Shown: positions 23,572 through 36,504 of the stretch, piece after piece
Layout of the letters: the number at the start of each line of letters is the position of its first letter
Numbering within the stretch: position 1 is the stretch's first letter
From: Pocillopora damicornis
Lineage: Eukaryota
Direction of reading: 5' to 3'
Length of the DNA: 55,599 nt
Assembly (NCBI RefSeq): GCF_003704095.1
Contig: NW_020846447.1
Span: forward strand, 248,001 to 303,599
Position numbers and translations under genes: made by a program
The notes under the pieces: model-generated
What the model was told of the DNA's origin: nothing
Database searches by the model: none
The model's input: only the letters and a program-made list of their open reading frames with translations

Positions 23572-26500
23572 CTAGTTGGAAGCAGTGCTCTGCTGTGTTT
23601 TCATTTCCTGATATTTTGGCGTTGCTTTGATAAAACCGCTGTCGATAAGACTGTACCCCATATCAAGTATGGTTGTCTTCTCGTCCCGAAACTGAAATCC
23701 AAAATCTTCTTTTATCTTTAGAAAGCAAAAAGAATAAGGAAATGAATAAGTAAGAGTGGGCGCGGGGTGGGACACACGGTATCCCCATGATTAGTTCGCT
23801 GGTCGTGAGGATAGTGTTTGAGATAGATGAGCCGGGTCATTGTGTGGTGCTCTAGAGCAAAACAACTTACTTTCACAGTGTTTCTCTCCACCCAGGAGTA
23901 TAAATGGGTACTAGCAAATTGTTGGGGAAGCCTGATGAAATGCGGGGGGTAGCCTTCCCCCATCTTAAGGGAAGTCAGTAATACTCCTAGGCGCTTCATG
24001 CTTAAGAAAACCAGGATACGCTCAAGCTGGATGGACCACTTTGCCTTAGTACAGAGTTAACCTTATCACGAATTTCACGCGATAAGGGAACAAGATTGCG
24101 AATCGCACGATCTCATCAATCGACCACGCTACCTATGAAACTACGAGTCGAACCTTTCACCAGCGCCCACCCAAAGTATTAAGTCTGCATGGTTTCTTAC
24201 GAGAGGTGGTCGCTAAGGGATGTTCGACTGTATAATCAGCGACCCCCAGCCCCTTTACACAATGTTGTATCTTTTTGATCGTCAACATTCACTTCACTCG
24301 TGTGCATCAATTTTGAGAGGCTGGGCGAGGAACAAGATGTAATTTAATGTAAAGATAAATGATTTAATCATCTTGTTAAGGAAGTCTATCAGTCAAGATT
24401 CTCAATTTATTTCGTCACTTGTAACACGAGATTGCGACATAGGAAATTCTCAAACTTCAAGTCCTTGTGGAGACTCAGATGTTACTTTGTCGACGTCCGT
24501 GACAATTTTTTTTATTTTAAATCCTTCTCTTTAGGCGATTTTCTCTTTGAGTTAGCTCAATGGATTAACCATAAACACAGTCGTGAGGTACCTTTCTAAC
24601 ACTCCCACTAAGTTTCAGGTGCTAACAGTTACCTTTTTGTTGTCCAACCTCACTTCTTTGTTCAGAACAGGTATGATCATCTTCACTGTGGGATCAAACC
24701 ACGAAGTAATCTTCAGCAAGAATGTTGGAGCCACTCGAGTGGGTACATTGTAACCTGTGACAAGGAAATACGTGTTTAACCCCAGAAAATAGTCGGATCA
24801 ATATCAGTGTCTAGGCAACTGCCCACCTACCTCTCCCCTAACTCAACAACAGTCAATTGATAACAAGTTAGGGTTAATGTCGGGTTAGGGGAGGGGTAGG
24901 TGGGTAGTTGCCCAGATACTGATATTGATTCAAATAGTCTTATGTCATTTCCCTAACTTCCAGTCCTTCCCGGCCTTGTAACCTTCTTCTTGACAATGAA
25001 CAAGCTTAAGGAACAGCGTTTGCAGGAAAGCTATGTGCTGGTTAGAGTCCAGTTCCTTACTGTGGGATATCTTAACAGTACGCATGCGCAGTGTCGCTAA
25101 TTGGGTTGTGGGTTTTGGTTTACCACCATATTCTTGTCACCCGTGTAATTTTTACAATACAACAGACAATTCTATCAATGTAGACGTCCATGGTTTTGTG
25201 AGGTTGACCGTGATAATTAACGATTAACGAAGCCTTGATTGTGCACTGCTCTGTTGTAAAGCACACAGGGAGTGGCTAGAGCACGAAAGAAGTGTAAGGG
25301 AAACAATAAAGCTGAAAATAGGACCTATTTTGTTTTCTAGAGGATTCAAACAGAGAATATTTTCAATTCCGATATGACGATACCATTTTCAGTCACAGTT
25401 TTTAATGAGATGAATTTCATTTGACCTGCGAATGAAAATCAAACAAACAAATGATCCTCGTGAGCAGACTGTAATTTAAGCAATTTCAGTAAAGAGAAGC
25501 CGTCCTCCCAGATGCTCGAGCTACGACGAACTAAGTCACCGACAAAGCCACGTAAGGACTGAGGCACAGTTTAGAGCTTTGATTTTTCGCGTAAAGGAAT
25601 CTCATCACCATTTTAAATGAAATAGATCACCTTTGACTTACGGATAAAAATCAAGCAAAGGAAGAATCCCCTCAGGTGGATTGTAATTGACGCAATTCTC
25701 AGTGTTTGTTCAACTTACCAACTAACTGTTTGTTCAACTTATTAACTAAACGTTTGTTCAAATTACCAACTTATCGTTTGTTCAACTTACCAAGAGGTCT
25801 AAACTCTTCATCCAGTATCTTTGCCATATCATCCCACCATAGGCAAACAGAAACCGTGACATATCTGTTACCTGGAGTAAAGAAAGCAACAAANNNNNNN
25901 NNNNNNNNNNNNNNNNNNNNNNNNNNNNNNNNNNNNNNNNNNNNNNNNNNNNNNNNNNNNNNNNNNNNNNNNNNNNNNNNNNNNNNNNNNNNNAAAAATG
26001 ACTCCCTCTCTCATCTCTTAAAACCGAGCTACGCGGTTAAGATTAGTATTGGGCCTGACCTGGTAAATTCTTGACTAGTTCCCATGCTGCCCTCTCTGCC
26101 ATCAGCTTGCTCTTTTCATAAGGGATGCTCTCTTCCTCAGAAGCCCAGTCTTCCTCATTAAAGAGATGGTCTTCACCAGCGCGCCCGCCTAGTGTTGGAA
26201 GAAATATAACAATAACTGTATACAATTTGGACACTGCAAAATACTCACTAAGGGGCTGATTAAATGAAAGGTGTTGGATCTTTCACCTCAGCTGGACTCA
26301 TTCCCTGATAAAACTTAAACCGCGAGATTGGAAAAGCAGACGGTCAGTTAGTTTCCTGCTGTTCGAACTCGGTTCCAATAACTTTATGGGCCTAAAGCCA
26401 CTTTTGTAACCAAAATGTAGGGTATTTTTCATGCAGTGCAACGTCTGAGCTAAAAAATAAAAACAGTCTGTTTCATCTGCTGATATTTTCACTATTTGAA

Positions 26501-28468
26501 TTTCAAAACTATCAATACCTCGATCTAAAATGTAAACAAACTTGCAAAGAGAACCTTTCAGCGGTTACTGCAAGTTTTCTAAACGAACGTGGTAAATGGA
26601 AACATAAATAATGTAATTCATGATTTTGCCCGAAATTATGACGAAAACTACATGTTCGTATCCACTCTCTTTTGAGTTGAGCGCTTACCATAGACTGCAG
26701 CACAAGAGCTTGTGAGTACAACTCTTTTCACGCCGCCCTTGGTCTTGGCGCAGGCTTCAAGCACGTTCTTCGTTCCATCTACTGCGGGCCCAATCACCTC
26801 CATTTCATCTCTTGGAGTTGCAGCCGGGAAGGGAGATGCCACATGAATCACATAAGTGCAGTCCTTAACGGCGCTGTGGGAATAAGAAGCATAGAAAGCC
26901 TTTAATTAAATTATAAGGGAAGTTAATGGTTGTGTATGGAATAAAGATAAAGGGGAAGTGGAAATTTACACCTCAATAAGAAAAACAAATAGCTTCCCCC
27001 CAAAATTAGGATGAATGTGGTTAGCTTCTAGAATGAGCATGAAACGGAAGGACAACACAAAACATACAAAACAGACAAGACAAAAGATTCTCGACTCAGA
27101 CCTTTCTGCTTTTCTAATCAGATGCCTCGTTTTTTATGGCTCTGATCTCACAAAAATGTCTAAAGAATGTCACACATGGACCTAGTACATGGCCTGGCTA
27201 ACCAAAGAGCACTGCATGACTCACTGAGTTCCCAGCTGGTAGAGCAACTGCATGAAAAATTGAAGGCCCTAGGCACGATAACTTGCAGTAGACTCAGATT
27301 TTTGGTACTCTTGACAAATGCTTCACCAATCATTTCTTATTCGATAACAGAGCTTAAAATTTACCAACATTCTTTATCCAAAAATATCAACAATTTGAAA
27401 ATTTCTATCTTCCACACTCCGTCAACTAAAAAACTCGCAAATTATGCGTGTACGTGAATGCGGACCTACTTTTCTGACCCAGTCTTCCTAGCTTGGGAGA
27501 GCACGACCACTGCACAACACGTATATTAAAAGATTACATCACCTCGATGAAGGTGTAAGCGGCACAACATAAACTAAAATAATTTTATTGTTTTGTCGTA
27601 AATCGCTCAAGGAAGGGTCAATTGCAACAATATAGTCCAAAAACTGGTGCTTTAAACTGAGAAAAATCGATTTACGTCGTAGAGGGTACCTCGAACGAAC
27701 AAGTGCATGATCTGAATATTTTGCAAGAATGCTTGTCTTGTTCCTTCCACCATATCTTATTAAAAAGATTATAGAAAACCGTGTAATTCGAACGTCTAAA
27801 TTGAAAAAGGAATTCAGCCATAATTTCTTTTATCCTCCTCTGCGCCGGAAAGGTTTAGAAGAACAAATGGAATCATAATTTTTGCAAATGAATCGTTGCT
27901 CACAGTATGCATTTGCTTGATGTAAATCGCCAGAGAAAATAAACAATGCGACACGTCCATGATGGGCACACCTCACTGAGCCGATATTGTTTACATATCA
28001 TGCCTTGCTATGGACGGGGTTTGTAAAAGCTACAATTAGTCCAAAAATTAAAAAAAATTCAGAGTTCTAGGATTAATCTTTATTTTTACTTAACGATATG
28101 CGGATATTTTCGGTGCTACAGCAGCTCTGAGGGAACACCCCGAGGGCTTGCGTGACTAACCGTGTGAAGGAGTGCCAATTCATGTTTTCTTTTTCTGCAC
28201 TCCGATGATACAAGCGAGAGCTTGACCAAAGAAAATTAAAGGGAAACTGATATTGATCTCATACTTACTCAATCCAAGATTCTTTCTTTGTAAGATCTGC
28301 CTCGACCAATTCAAGCTCTGAGGACAGCTCTTTCAAAGGCTTCACTTTCTTTTCATTTGTTAGACTACGAACCGTTCCTCGCACGATGTATTCCCTCGAG
28401 TCCACCAGCTGCTTCACAACGTGCATTGCAAGAAAACCGGACGCACCGGTTACAAGAACTCGCGTCAT
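23572..28468 (-). CDS. NAD(P)-dependent extended SDR, dihydroflavonol reductase / aldehyde reductase-like; middle exon(s) missing in assembly gap
   Basis: Exons 28468-28269 (VLVTGASGFLA Rossmann motif), 26873-26689 (VIHVASPFP...RVVLTSS), 26188-26060 (YEKSK catalytic YxxxK), gap, 25871-25791, 24754-24633, 23715-23572 (stop). The expected NP-x-x-V-x-GP and DVRDVA segment is not visible and presumably lies in the N-gap 25894-25993. Confidence 0.9.
23790..24062 (+). mobile_element. SINE with conserved central domain (Deu/Nin-like core)
   Basis: GGGTCATTGTGT...CACAGTG...CTCTCCACCCAGGAGTATAAATGGGTAC core. The 3' half recurs inverted at about 35955-36095, and a decayed copy lies at about 10165-10340. 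Family name is from recall only. Confidence 0.6.
24795..24931. mobile_element. 137-bp MITE with long terminal inverted repeats and 8-bp TSD (Merlin-like termini)
   Basis: GGATCAATATCAG...CTGATATTGATTC, with imperfect inverted arms of about 45 bp. Flanked by the direct repeat AAATAGTC at 24787-24794 and 24932-24939. Confidence 0.88.
25222..25305 (+). repeat. Dispersed repeat, second copy at about 43238-43350
   Basis: GAAGCCTTGA.TGTGC...TAAAGCA..CAGG...G.CTAGAGCACGAAAGAAGTGTA.GG at both loci. Confidence 0.65.
25703..25793. repeat. 4 x 24-bp tandem repeat spanning an SDR splice donor
   Basis: Units (T/C)GTTTGTTCAACTTACCAACT.. start at 25703, 25727, 25751 and 25775. Confidence 0.85.
25894..25993. 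other. Assembly gap (100 N, probably nominal size)
   Basis: N run; interrupts the SDR gene. Confidence 0.99.
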
Positions 28469-29119
28469 TTCGATGCTGTTAGTTGAGAGCAACGAAGAAG
28501 AAGGCCAAATTTAGCAACCGGGTGTGATTATTTGCCCGACTGGTCAAGTTTATTCGGGTCAGTCAGGAAGTGTTCAATTGGACTGGATTTGATCATGAAG
28601 TGGACGGCGGAACATGCACTAGGCACCGTAAGGAATACATGCTAATTCCTCATTTAAATTAAAGTTTTTTGTTCGAAACAATTTTACTACCCTGTAAAGA
28701 CTGCTCTGATAACAACATCAGGTGGCAATCTGAGACTTGACCACAGACAAATCGATTAATCAAAGCTGATATATGAACAGTTGTTTTTGATGCTCATTTG
28801 GTAGTAGTGTCAAAAGCCGTACCCGTAACTCTTTAAATCAAAATGCTCTTTTCTTCTCTTAACGGCCTCTTAAGTTGTCCTCCTGCAATTGACGTATTGT
28901 GAGTGAAAGCATACAGAAATGAATACGTTTAATTTTGAAAGATTATTTCGGTAGTAGAGATCTGTAAAGTTCAAAGAAATCCTTTTATAGACATAAACAT
29001 TTTGTATGGAATTAACATCCCTTGAAAAAATATTTATGTCTGTTTGGCTCCAAAAACCCTGTAAAATTTTCAGAATGGTGCTCTATGATGTATTCTCGAA
29101 GCAAGATATGCATTAAATT

Positions 29120-29540
29120 CATCGCTATGAACACTACTGAACTAGTAGTTGAAATAAGACCTGAAAAAAAATTCAGGTCCCTAACGGGATTTGAACTCAT
29201 GACCTCTGCGATACTCGGTGCAGCGCTCTACCAACTGAGCTAAGAAGCCATCTGGGAACTAGTTATTATATTGGATCTAGGTAAACCTTCGAAGTGGTGA
29301 ATAATGGCTGTAAACATATGAAAATCATATCTGTGTACTGCTGTTGAAGAAACGAATATAGAATCGATCCTCGCGCTTATGAACACTACTGAACTAGTAG
29401 TTGAAATAAGGCCTGGAAAAAAATTCAGGCCCTTACGGGATTTGATTTTGTAGTGTTCATAACTGCGGGGATTGATTCTATATTCGTTTATTCAAGCGCA
29501 GTGCACACATATGATTTTCGTATGTTTACAGTCGTTAAAT
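29120..29540 (-). mobile_element. tRNA-derived SINE-like repeat; tandem and inverted pieces
   Basis: 29249-29177 on - reads GGCTTCTTAGCTCAGTTGGTAGAGCGCTGCACCGAGTATCGCAGAGGTCATGAGTTCAAATCCC (A and B boxes). The flank is duplicated at 29378-29445, and 29450-29538 is the reverse complement of 29301-29390. Confidence 0.75.
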
Positions 29541-30217
29541 TCATCGTTATAATCAATATTATTAATAGCAATTGCCATTATCATTACTCAAGAGATTATA
29601 ATCTCTTGCATTTCTGTCGTCTTAATTATTATCATAATTATCTCATTCAAGGAAATCTTTTGGTCATAATACTTAATTTTATCACTGGTTAAATCATAAT
29701 TTTCTTATTGCTTTTTCCCAGTGTTTCTTGCTATTGTTGTTCCATTATTTTTTAATGATCTGGACCGTGGACAATTAAAAAACCGGCAGGGAGGGGTAGG
29801 AAAACTCTAGTTGGTTAATCATTGAAAACATAAACCGTATTTGCATAAGTGTCAAATTGCTACGAAATGTAGACTAAACAGCGAATGTTATCGTGGATAT
29901 AAATGCGCCTAACTGTGCTATAATCCGAAATCAACCTTTGCTTATGAACGAACTTTAGTATCAGCCCTCGATTAACCTAAAGAGGTGCGTTTCAAAAACG
30001 AATTTTTAACTCGAACTCTCACTTGCGTAGCAACCGAACAATTAGGGATGAGGAGAAGGAATCGAAATTACGAGGATAGCTTTCTGCGTCCAAAACAGCT
30101 GGGGAGATTAATCCATAGCTGTGTTTGAACGTAACAGTCTTATCTATTTATAAACTGTTGTTAACTCCGATGTTTAACTGACATTTTCCGCTCCACCGCG
30201 AGGAAGACATTTTTACC

Positions 30218-33200
30218 ATGGCGAGGAAGAAGAAAGGAAGTTGGACGAGTCGAATCTGTGCTGTTGTTATTATCCTGGCTTTAGCTGGCACAATGTCAAT
30301 GAACATATTATTCATCTTACACACCACTTCTCGAGGTACGAGCCAGGAAAAGGAACCCATGGAATATGATCACAAGTTTCATAATGTTCCGCAGATTTCA
30401 GTTGCTCCTCCGGCTCAATATAGGTTTAATGGAAAGGGAAATTCGCTATCTCGTGAAGGTACGTATTTTAAAAAATGTTCACGCTTCTCGAGCTCGAATG
30501 TATGTATTAGGCTTTAGTCTTGCGTGCTTTTGAGGAATTTATTGGATGAACAACGTATAAGTTTGAAGAAAATCGCTTTGCCTTCCATAGAGTGTTTAAA
30601 TCTCGGTTTAATACCGCTTATAATCACAACATTGGCATATCCAAGGCTCCAAAATGTAAATTATATATATATATTTTGGAGCATATCAATTTACAGGAGT
30701 TAAAAGTATGCGTTAATTTATAGAATTTGGAAACAGTCAGCAGCGTAGTATTCTAGAGAATTACATCCTCTCGACTTTTATTTATCCAACGGTATTTACC
30801 TTCGGGTCAAAGACGTCGATGCGGATATTGCAATTATTACTAAATGTTACACGAAATGCAGTCCAGTTGGACCATTAATTTCCCCGGTATTTTGACGCTG
30901 CTTAGGTTTTTTAAGAGTGCTTAATTTATTGGAGGCTTCTAACTATTACGCATGAAAAGAGGAAAAATAAAATTAGTCGTTATTTTTCTTTTGAACCAGA
31001 CATTCTGACGAGTACGATAATCACTCACATCGCACTTTTTGTAGTGCTTTTGAATATTATTCAGTTCATTCAGCCATTAACAAATAGCTATTGTTTTGTT
31101 TTGCTTTGTTTCAAACTTTTATTTCCTTCTCTACCTTTCTTTCCCTAGGGATTGGGTTGCTAACGGCAACAGAGAGTAAATATGTAGATTTAGAGGTGTT
31201 CTCGAGTAAAGAGAATGTTTCAATTACCATCAACGGACAACAGGTGTGAAGAAAAAATTTCCTCATTCAGTTTTTACGTAATTAGTGAGCAAAATGGCGG
31301 CGCCGTTATCGCTGAAAACGTATTCTAGGCCCATTAAACCGTAGTTTCATGAGTAATTCATCAAAAATAGTAATAATAATTATGATCACAGTAATAATAA
31401 TATTTTTAATAAAAATAATAAGTAATGGTAATAAGATTGAGTATAATCCAATTCATGAAGCGGAGACCAATTCGGTCTGTAATGCTACGAGTGATTAACA
31501 TAATCGGACGACGACCGCGAAACGGGAGTCCGATTTGTTAATCACGAATATGATTACAGGCCAAATTGGACGACACGAAGTCCTGTGTTACCATTAATCA
31601 AAACCGTTACAATTTCCTAAAATGAATTACTAATTAATAATTGAAAAAAATTACAAATTTTCGAGAAAAGAAGAATGGGCAAGTTACAAAAGAAAGGGAA
31701 AATTGAATTATGATTGAACCCAAGGTTGTGATTGGTTGATTTAAACTACAACTTTGAAAATGATTGGTTGATTTGAACAAGAACTTTGAATATGATTGGC
31801 TTATTGAACTGTCCAATTATTGACAATAATAATACTAGTAATAACGATAGTGGTGGTAATAACAATAACGATATAAATAAAGATGATTTGCACAAGTAAG
31901 TAAGCAAATATCCTTCCTTTGACGAAAAGGTTAAGAAGCAAACAATTTTTCCAGAGATTCCAGCTTGGGGAACACTGCGAGTTTTTACGTACAGATAATG
32001 CCAAAGGGCAGGAGCCCAATGGACTCCTGCAAAGGGTCACTATCTAAAGTCCTGATTTAGGCGTGTATTATTTCTTCGCAAAGTGGAGGCCATTGTGCAG
32101 TTCGCGGGACGAAATTGTTACGAACAACTAACAGACAAAAACCTGTATTTCGTAGGATGTCGACTATTTTATTGCTTTGGTATTATTTAAAAGCTTACTT
32201 GTTTCGTTCTGTACAATAAAAGCGAAATGTTCTCTCATTTTGAATCAGATATCAGACATAATTTTGTCGGAGTGAAATGTAACGTGTGAAAAATGGAGTA
32301 ATAGCTCTCCGGGGACATAACTCGGCTAGGAGCCACTTTAAGCTGGGTCATGTTCAGCTTGGTGAGACGCTCAGACTAAAAAAAAACAAACCTTTTTACT
32401 AGAAAATTCCGTTATTTTCTTGACGCTATGAAATGAATGTAACCGTTCAACATTTTGGAGAAAGAAAAATGTTAAAGTCGTACCCAGACCCCTCATAGTA
32501 TCTTAAATTGATTCAATATGTCTAATCAATAGATTTATGTGTTTTTTCTTGTTTAGAGGGTCGATATTTCCGAGATGTTATTAAGAGGACTGAATGTTGT
32601 AGTTTTAAATGAAGTAACTGGCGCTGTGATGTCCTCGAGATGGTTCGATACATATGAGTCAAAAGAGGACAGCGGTTATCTTATGGAATTTCTTTCAAAT
32701 TTAAAAAACGGCAGGATAATCTGTTTTGCCGTGAAGGTGCGTACAGACGGAATATGAAGTATAGAGTTGTTTCTACAAGCTACGAACTTAGGTGTATCCT
32801 ATACGTGTTGGGCGATGACGAAACCTTTCCATAATGAGCCTAACAATAGATCTGTCGAGCGCAAGATCAATTCATCATTCTTTGTTATGAGAGGAGGAAG
32901 GGGTTGGGAGAAGGACTAGTTGCCGGGTACAGACTATTATCTTAAAAGAAGACGCCAATTTTGAGCTCGGATTTCGAGTAATAAAAGGATCTTGGGATCA
33001 AAAAGTTCTCAGTCGCCGCTAAGATTTCCGAAACTTAGACCTTCGGAATTTGCGCTCGAAGGCTCTTTTAAAAAGCTACGAGGGTGTCAAAGGGATGTTG
33101 GCTTTTACGGTTAACGGTTAAAATTTTGGCCGTTTTACGGCTAATAGTCAACCCTATTAAGACCCTTAGTTACTGAGAAACCTCTGGTTGACAATAAATA

Positions 33201-35920
33201 ATATCGTTGTACCGTAGACGTAGGCGGGACGTATGATGAGCTGTACAACGCCTGATAACATGACCGATGCATTATCTATTCAGCAACCATAATTTTCATC
33301 TTGTGTACTCAGCTGAGCGGGTGAAATAGAAAATATGTGACAACGGACTCATTCCTTCTTATCGTTTAGGACGAGGCGTCTCTTTCCTTATCAGAGAGCA
33401 CGCGCATGTTCATCAAGCGTTTGGGAAGTGCTTACATCGATCAGCTAAAGTGGAGAGGCATGTGGGTGTTTATTGTCCAACGGTTGGGCACTCGAAACAT
33501 TGTGTACGGCGAGAGTTTTCAGGATGCACCGAATCTTAACCAGTGGGCAAGACCAGTGAGGCTACACGTAACCGCACAACTAGTGGCAGAAAATATTGTC
33601 AACTGCAAATGGGACGACTCCGACGCTACCAAGAGACGAAGAGAGTTTTGTGAAAAATATGAAGGATATGGCAACGTTTGCAATTGTAAGTACATGTATA
33701 ATCTGAGCTGTCATCGAGAGCCGGTAGCCCTTCAAAAGTGCTGGTTAGTGGGGCATCTTAAGCTTGTTACTTTCACCTTGTTTTACCATAAGTTGTGGTT
33801 ACAAATCGCATGATTACAATTAATGCATTATTATCTTACAAGCAAAATTTACCAGTAGCATGTTTAGATGTTTGCTCGAAGGTTTGTGTGATCTTCGTGG
33901 AATGCATTTCACCTGAATAGTTTCAAGTTTTTTCCAGGTATTTTTATGATTTTTTACACTCCGCGGAAGTCTTAAAATTAATAAGCCATAACATGCTTTC
34001 TGTAACTTCGTGAATTTGACGTAGTTCTTCATAGGGACTCATCAATTCCTTCTTTGTTTCTCAGGTGACAATCCTCTTTCGCTAGAATTTGACCCGCCCT
34101 CTTTTAGAGACAACAGCCGACTGAAGTTGCCCGTGGCGGTCATGGCTGGTAACAGACCAAGTTACCTACTACGCATGCTCTTAAGCCTTCGTAACGTCGA
34201 GGGTCTGGATCCTAGTTTGGTAACAGTTTTCATCGATGGTTTTTATGACGAACCTGCCTCGGTCGCTAAACTGTTTCAACTACATGTGGAACACCATGCA
34301 GGCTCGGGGAGATTAAACTCCAGAATTTGTCAGGTATAGCGTGCTTAGAGCGTTTAGTCGTAAAGTTGGAAGTTCCAAGAGGGTTTTCCCCATCTACCTA
34401 ATTTTGTTCTATAATAATAATAAAAAATAATATTTTCATTTTTGTGTTATTTCCCTCAGCATTACAAGAAATCGCTGACAGCTTCGTTTGACAAATATCC
34501 CGATGCTGATTACCTTGTGATCTTAGAAGAGGATCTCGATATGTCCGTTGATATCCTCAGCTATTTTAAACAACTTCTTCCTGTCTTAGAAAACGATGAA
34601 AGCCTATATTGCATATCAGCTTGGAACGACCAGGTATGTTTGGTGTTGAAAGGCTGGACTGTTCACGGAATACAGCTTAACTTTTTTTATACAACAAAAT
34701 TGATCGCGACGCTTGAATCGCAAAATATTGATGCATGTTCTGAATTACTAATGAGTTGGGATGAGATGAAAACACATCTCGTCCACGAGAAGTAAAAGTA
34801 TTCCAAATTCTCCCACGGACGCAGCACCACAGTTTCTTAAGAAGCTTACCCCCCGTATTCCATGTTGCTTGGACTACTTTTTCTACTTAAAATTCATATA
34901 ACTCTTAATATTGATACAGATTCTGAATTGTTGAAATACCTGGTACCTTCTTCAATTTAACTTTGTAGGGTTATGACCATCTTGCAAATGATCCTGCCAT
35001 GTTGTACAGAGTAGAGACCATGCCAGGATTAGGATGGTAAGGGATGCATCAGTTTTTAAGAATGGTACTCATACTAAAATTCAGAGATAAAACTATGGCG
35101 ACCACTTTTGAAAAGGAGATTGCTTTCCTTTAAGATAGCAGCACAAACTTAAATCAGCTGTCTCAATTCTTCGCTTTCGCTTTTGAAATTGCTTTATTCT
35201 TAATTCTTTTTTTTATGAAAGCGGTTAGTATTACGTCATCCAATATACCTTTTAACGTAAAAGCAAAGTAACAAACCTTGGTGATGAGGCAAGTTAGTTT
35301 ACAGGTAGAATTCAAACAGTAAATGGAAGAACGTAGGGATGGAGTCTGATGAAATCTATGATTCATGTGTGGCTTCAACTAAAAAAGGCAAGCCTTAATC
35401 AGCAACAGTGATCAAACACGGAAAATTCTTGAAAGTCTTAACTAGATGCGAGCTGAACGATCCTTTCTTTTTCCGCATAATGCGTTGCGGAAAAAATGGG
35501 AGTGGGTTGTAAAAATTTCAAAAACGATGATTGAATTTTTTGGTGAAAAATGGCCACCAAACTTTGTCGGTAGCCATCGACAAACCCATTTTTCTCTACG
35601 TAACAAACCCCTCCTTTCTCCCTCAGGGTGTTAAAGCGTAAGATATACAAGGGTGAACTAGAGGAGAAATGGCCGAAGCCCCATCAGTCAGCTGACTGGG
35701 ATATGTGGATGAGGCTACCTTCCAACATCAAAGGTCGCGAATGCATCATCCCGGATATTTCTCGTACTTATCACTTTGGAGCCAAAGGACTTAACGTGGG
35801 AAGCTTTATGCAGAATATTTATTTCAAACATCATGCTCTGAACAAAGAAACAAATGTCAAGTTGAATGCGGAAATGATGTATAAGGATAACTACGAAAGA
35901 GAAATATTTCGTCTAATAGG
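30218..35920 (+). CDS. POMGNT1: Protein O-linked mannose beta-1,2-N-acetylglucosaminyltransferase 1 (GT13); 3' end missing
   Basis: Exons 30218-30458, 31149-31243, 32557-32736, 33370-33685, 34065-34333, 34460-34633, 34969-35036, 35627-35920, in phase. Type II TM anchor after ARKKKGSW; stem [13 protein letters not shown]...FDTY; [13 protein letters not shown]; EEDLD; CISAWNDQG; ETMPGLGW; [15 protein letters not shown]. The last exons probably lie in the gap 36178-36277. Confidence 0.93.
31467..31569. repeat. Long imperfect inverted repeat (about 42-bp arms, 18-nt loop) in POMGNT1 intron 2
   Basis: CCAATTCGGTCTGTAAT...GTGATTAACATAATCGGAC (31467-31509) pairs with GTCCGATTTGTTAATCAC...ATTACAGGCCAAATTGG (31528-31569). 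Confidence 0.8.
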
Positions 35921-35954
35921 GTAAGAACCTTGTCTTAATGTTAAAAAAAGTGAG

Positions 35955-36095
35955 CATCCAGCTGGAGCTTATCCCGGTTTCCATAGCATGAAGCTGCTAG
36001 GAGTATTACTACTCTCACCTGGATGCGATGCCAGTTCATCGTAAGGTTACCCCCCAGCTTTTCATCAGGCTTCCTTGAAAACTCACCGGAACCCA
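35955..36095 (-). mobile_element. 3' part of the same SINE family as 23790-24062
   Basis: CATCCAGCTGGAGCTTATCCCGGTTTCC...GCATGAAG...CTAGGAGTATTACT is the reverse complement of 23975-24035. Confidence 0.6.
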
Positions 36096-36177
36096 TAACG
36101 CAAATCATTTTACTCACCTGCTTCACGTTTATCCGGTTGTTACCTCGTTAAATATTTAGGTTTTCCAGTTTATAACA

Positions 36178-36277
36178 NNNNNNNNNNNNNNNNNNNNNNN
36201 NNNNNNNNNNNNNNNNNNNNNNNNNNNNNNNNNNNNNNNNNNNNNNNNNNNNNNNNNNNNNNNNNNNNNNNNNNNNN
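36178..36277. other. Assembly gap (100 N, probably nominal size)
   Basis: N run; the POMGNT1 3' exons are missing here. Confidence 0.99.
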
Positions 36278-36504
36278 TATGAACCACTTGTTAAATATAA
36301 GAAATTATAAATATATGAAAACAAATTAATACATTGAAGAAAAATATCTCTGGTAGAGACAATTTCTAAAGTACGATTACAGCCAACTGTCAGATTACAG
36401 TGTGCGATTACAACTGTACAGAATAATTAGTGAAAAATAAAGCAGCTTATGCACCAATTCCATTTCAGGAAATTGCAATGGTTATGATTAAGTTTAGATG
36501 GAGC

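Noticed and set aside
29177-29249. tRNA gene
   Set aside because: Irregular anticodon arm, poorly paired acceptor stem and duplicated non-tRNA flanks; better read as a SINE head.
31291-31345. AAAATGGCGGCG start-like motif in POMGNT1 intron 2
   Set aside because: The ORF closes after 16 codons with no convincing donor; at most a YY1-like site.
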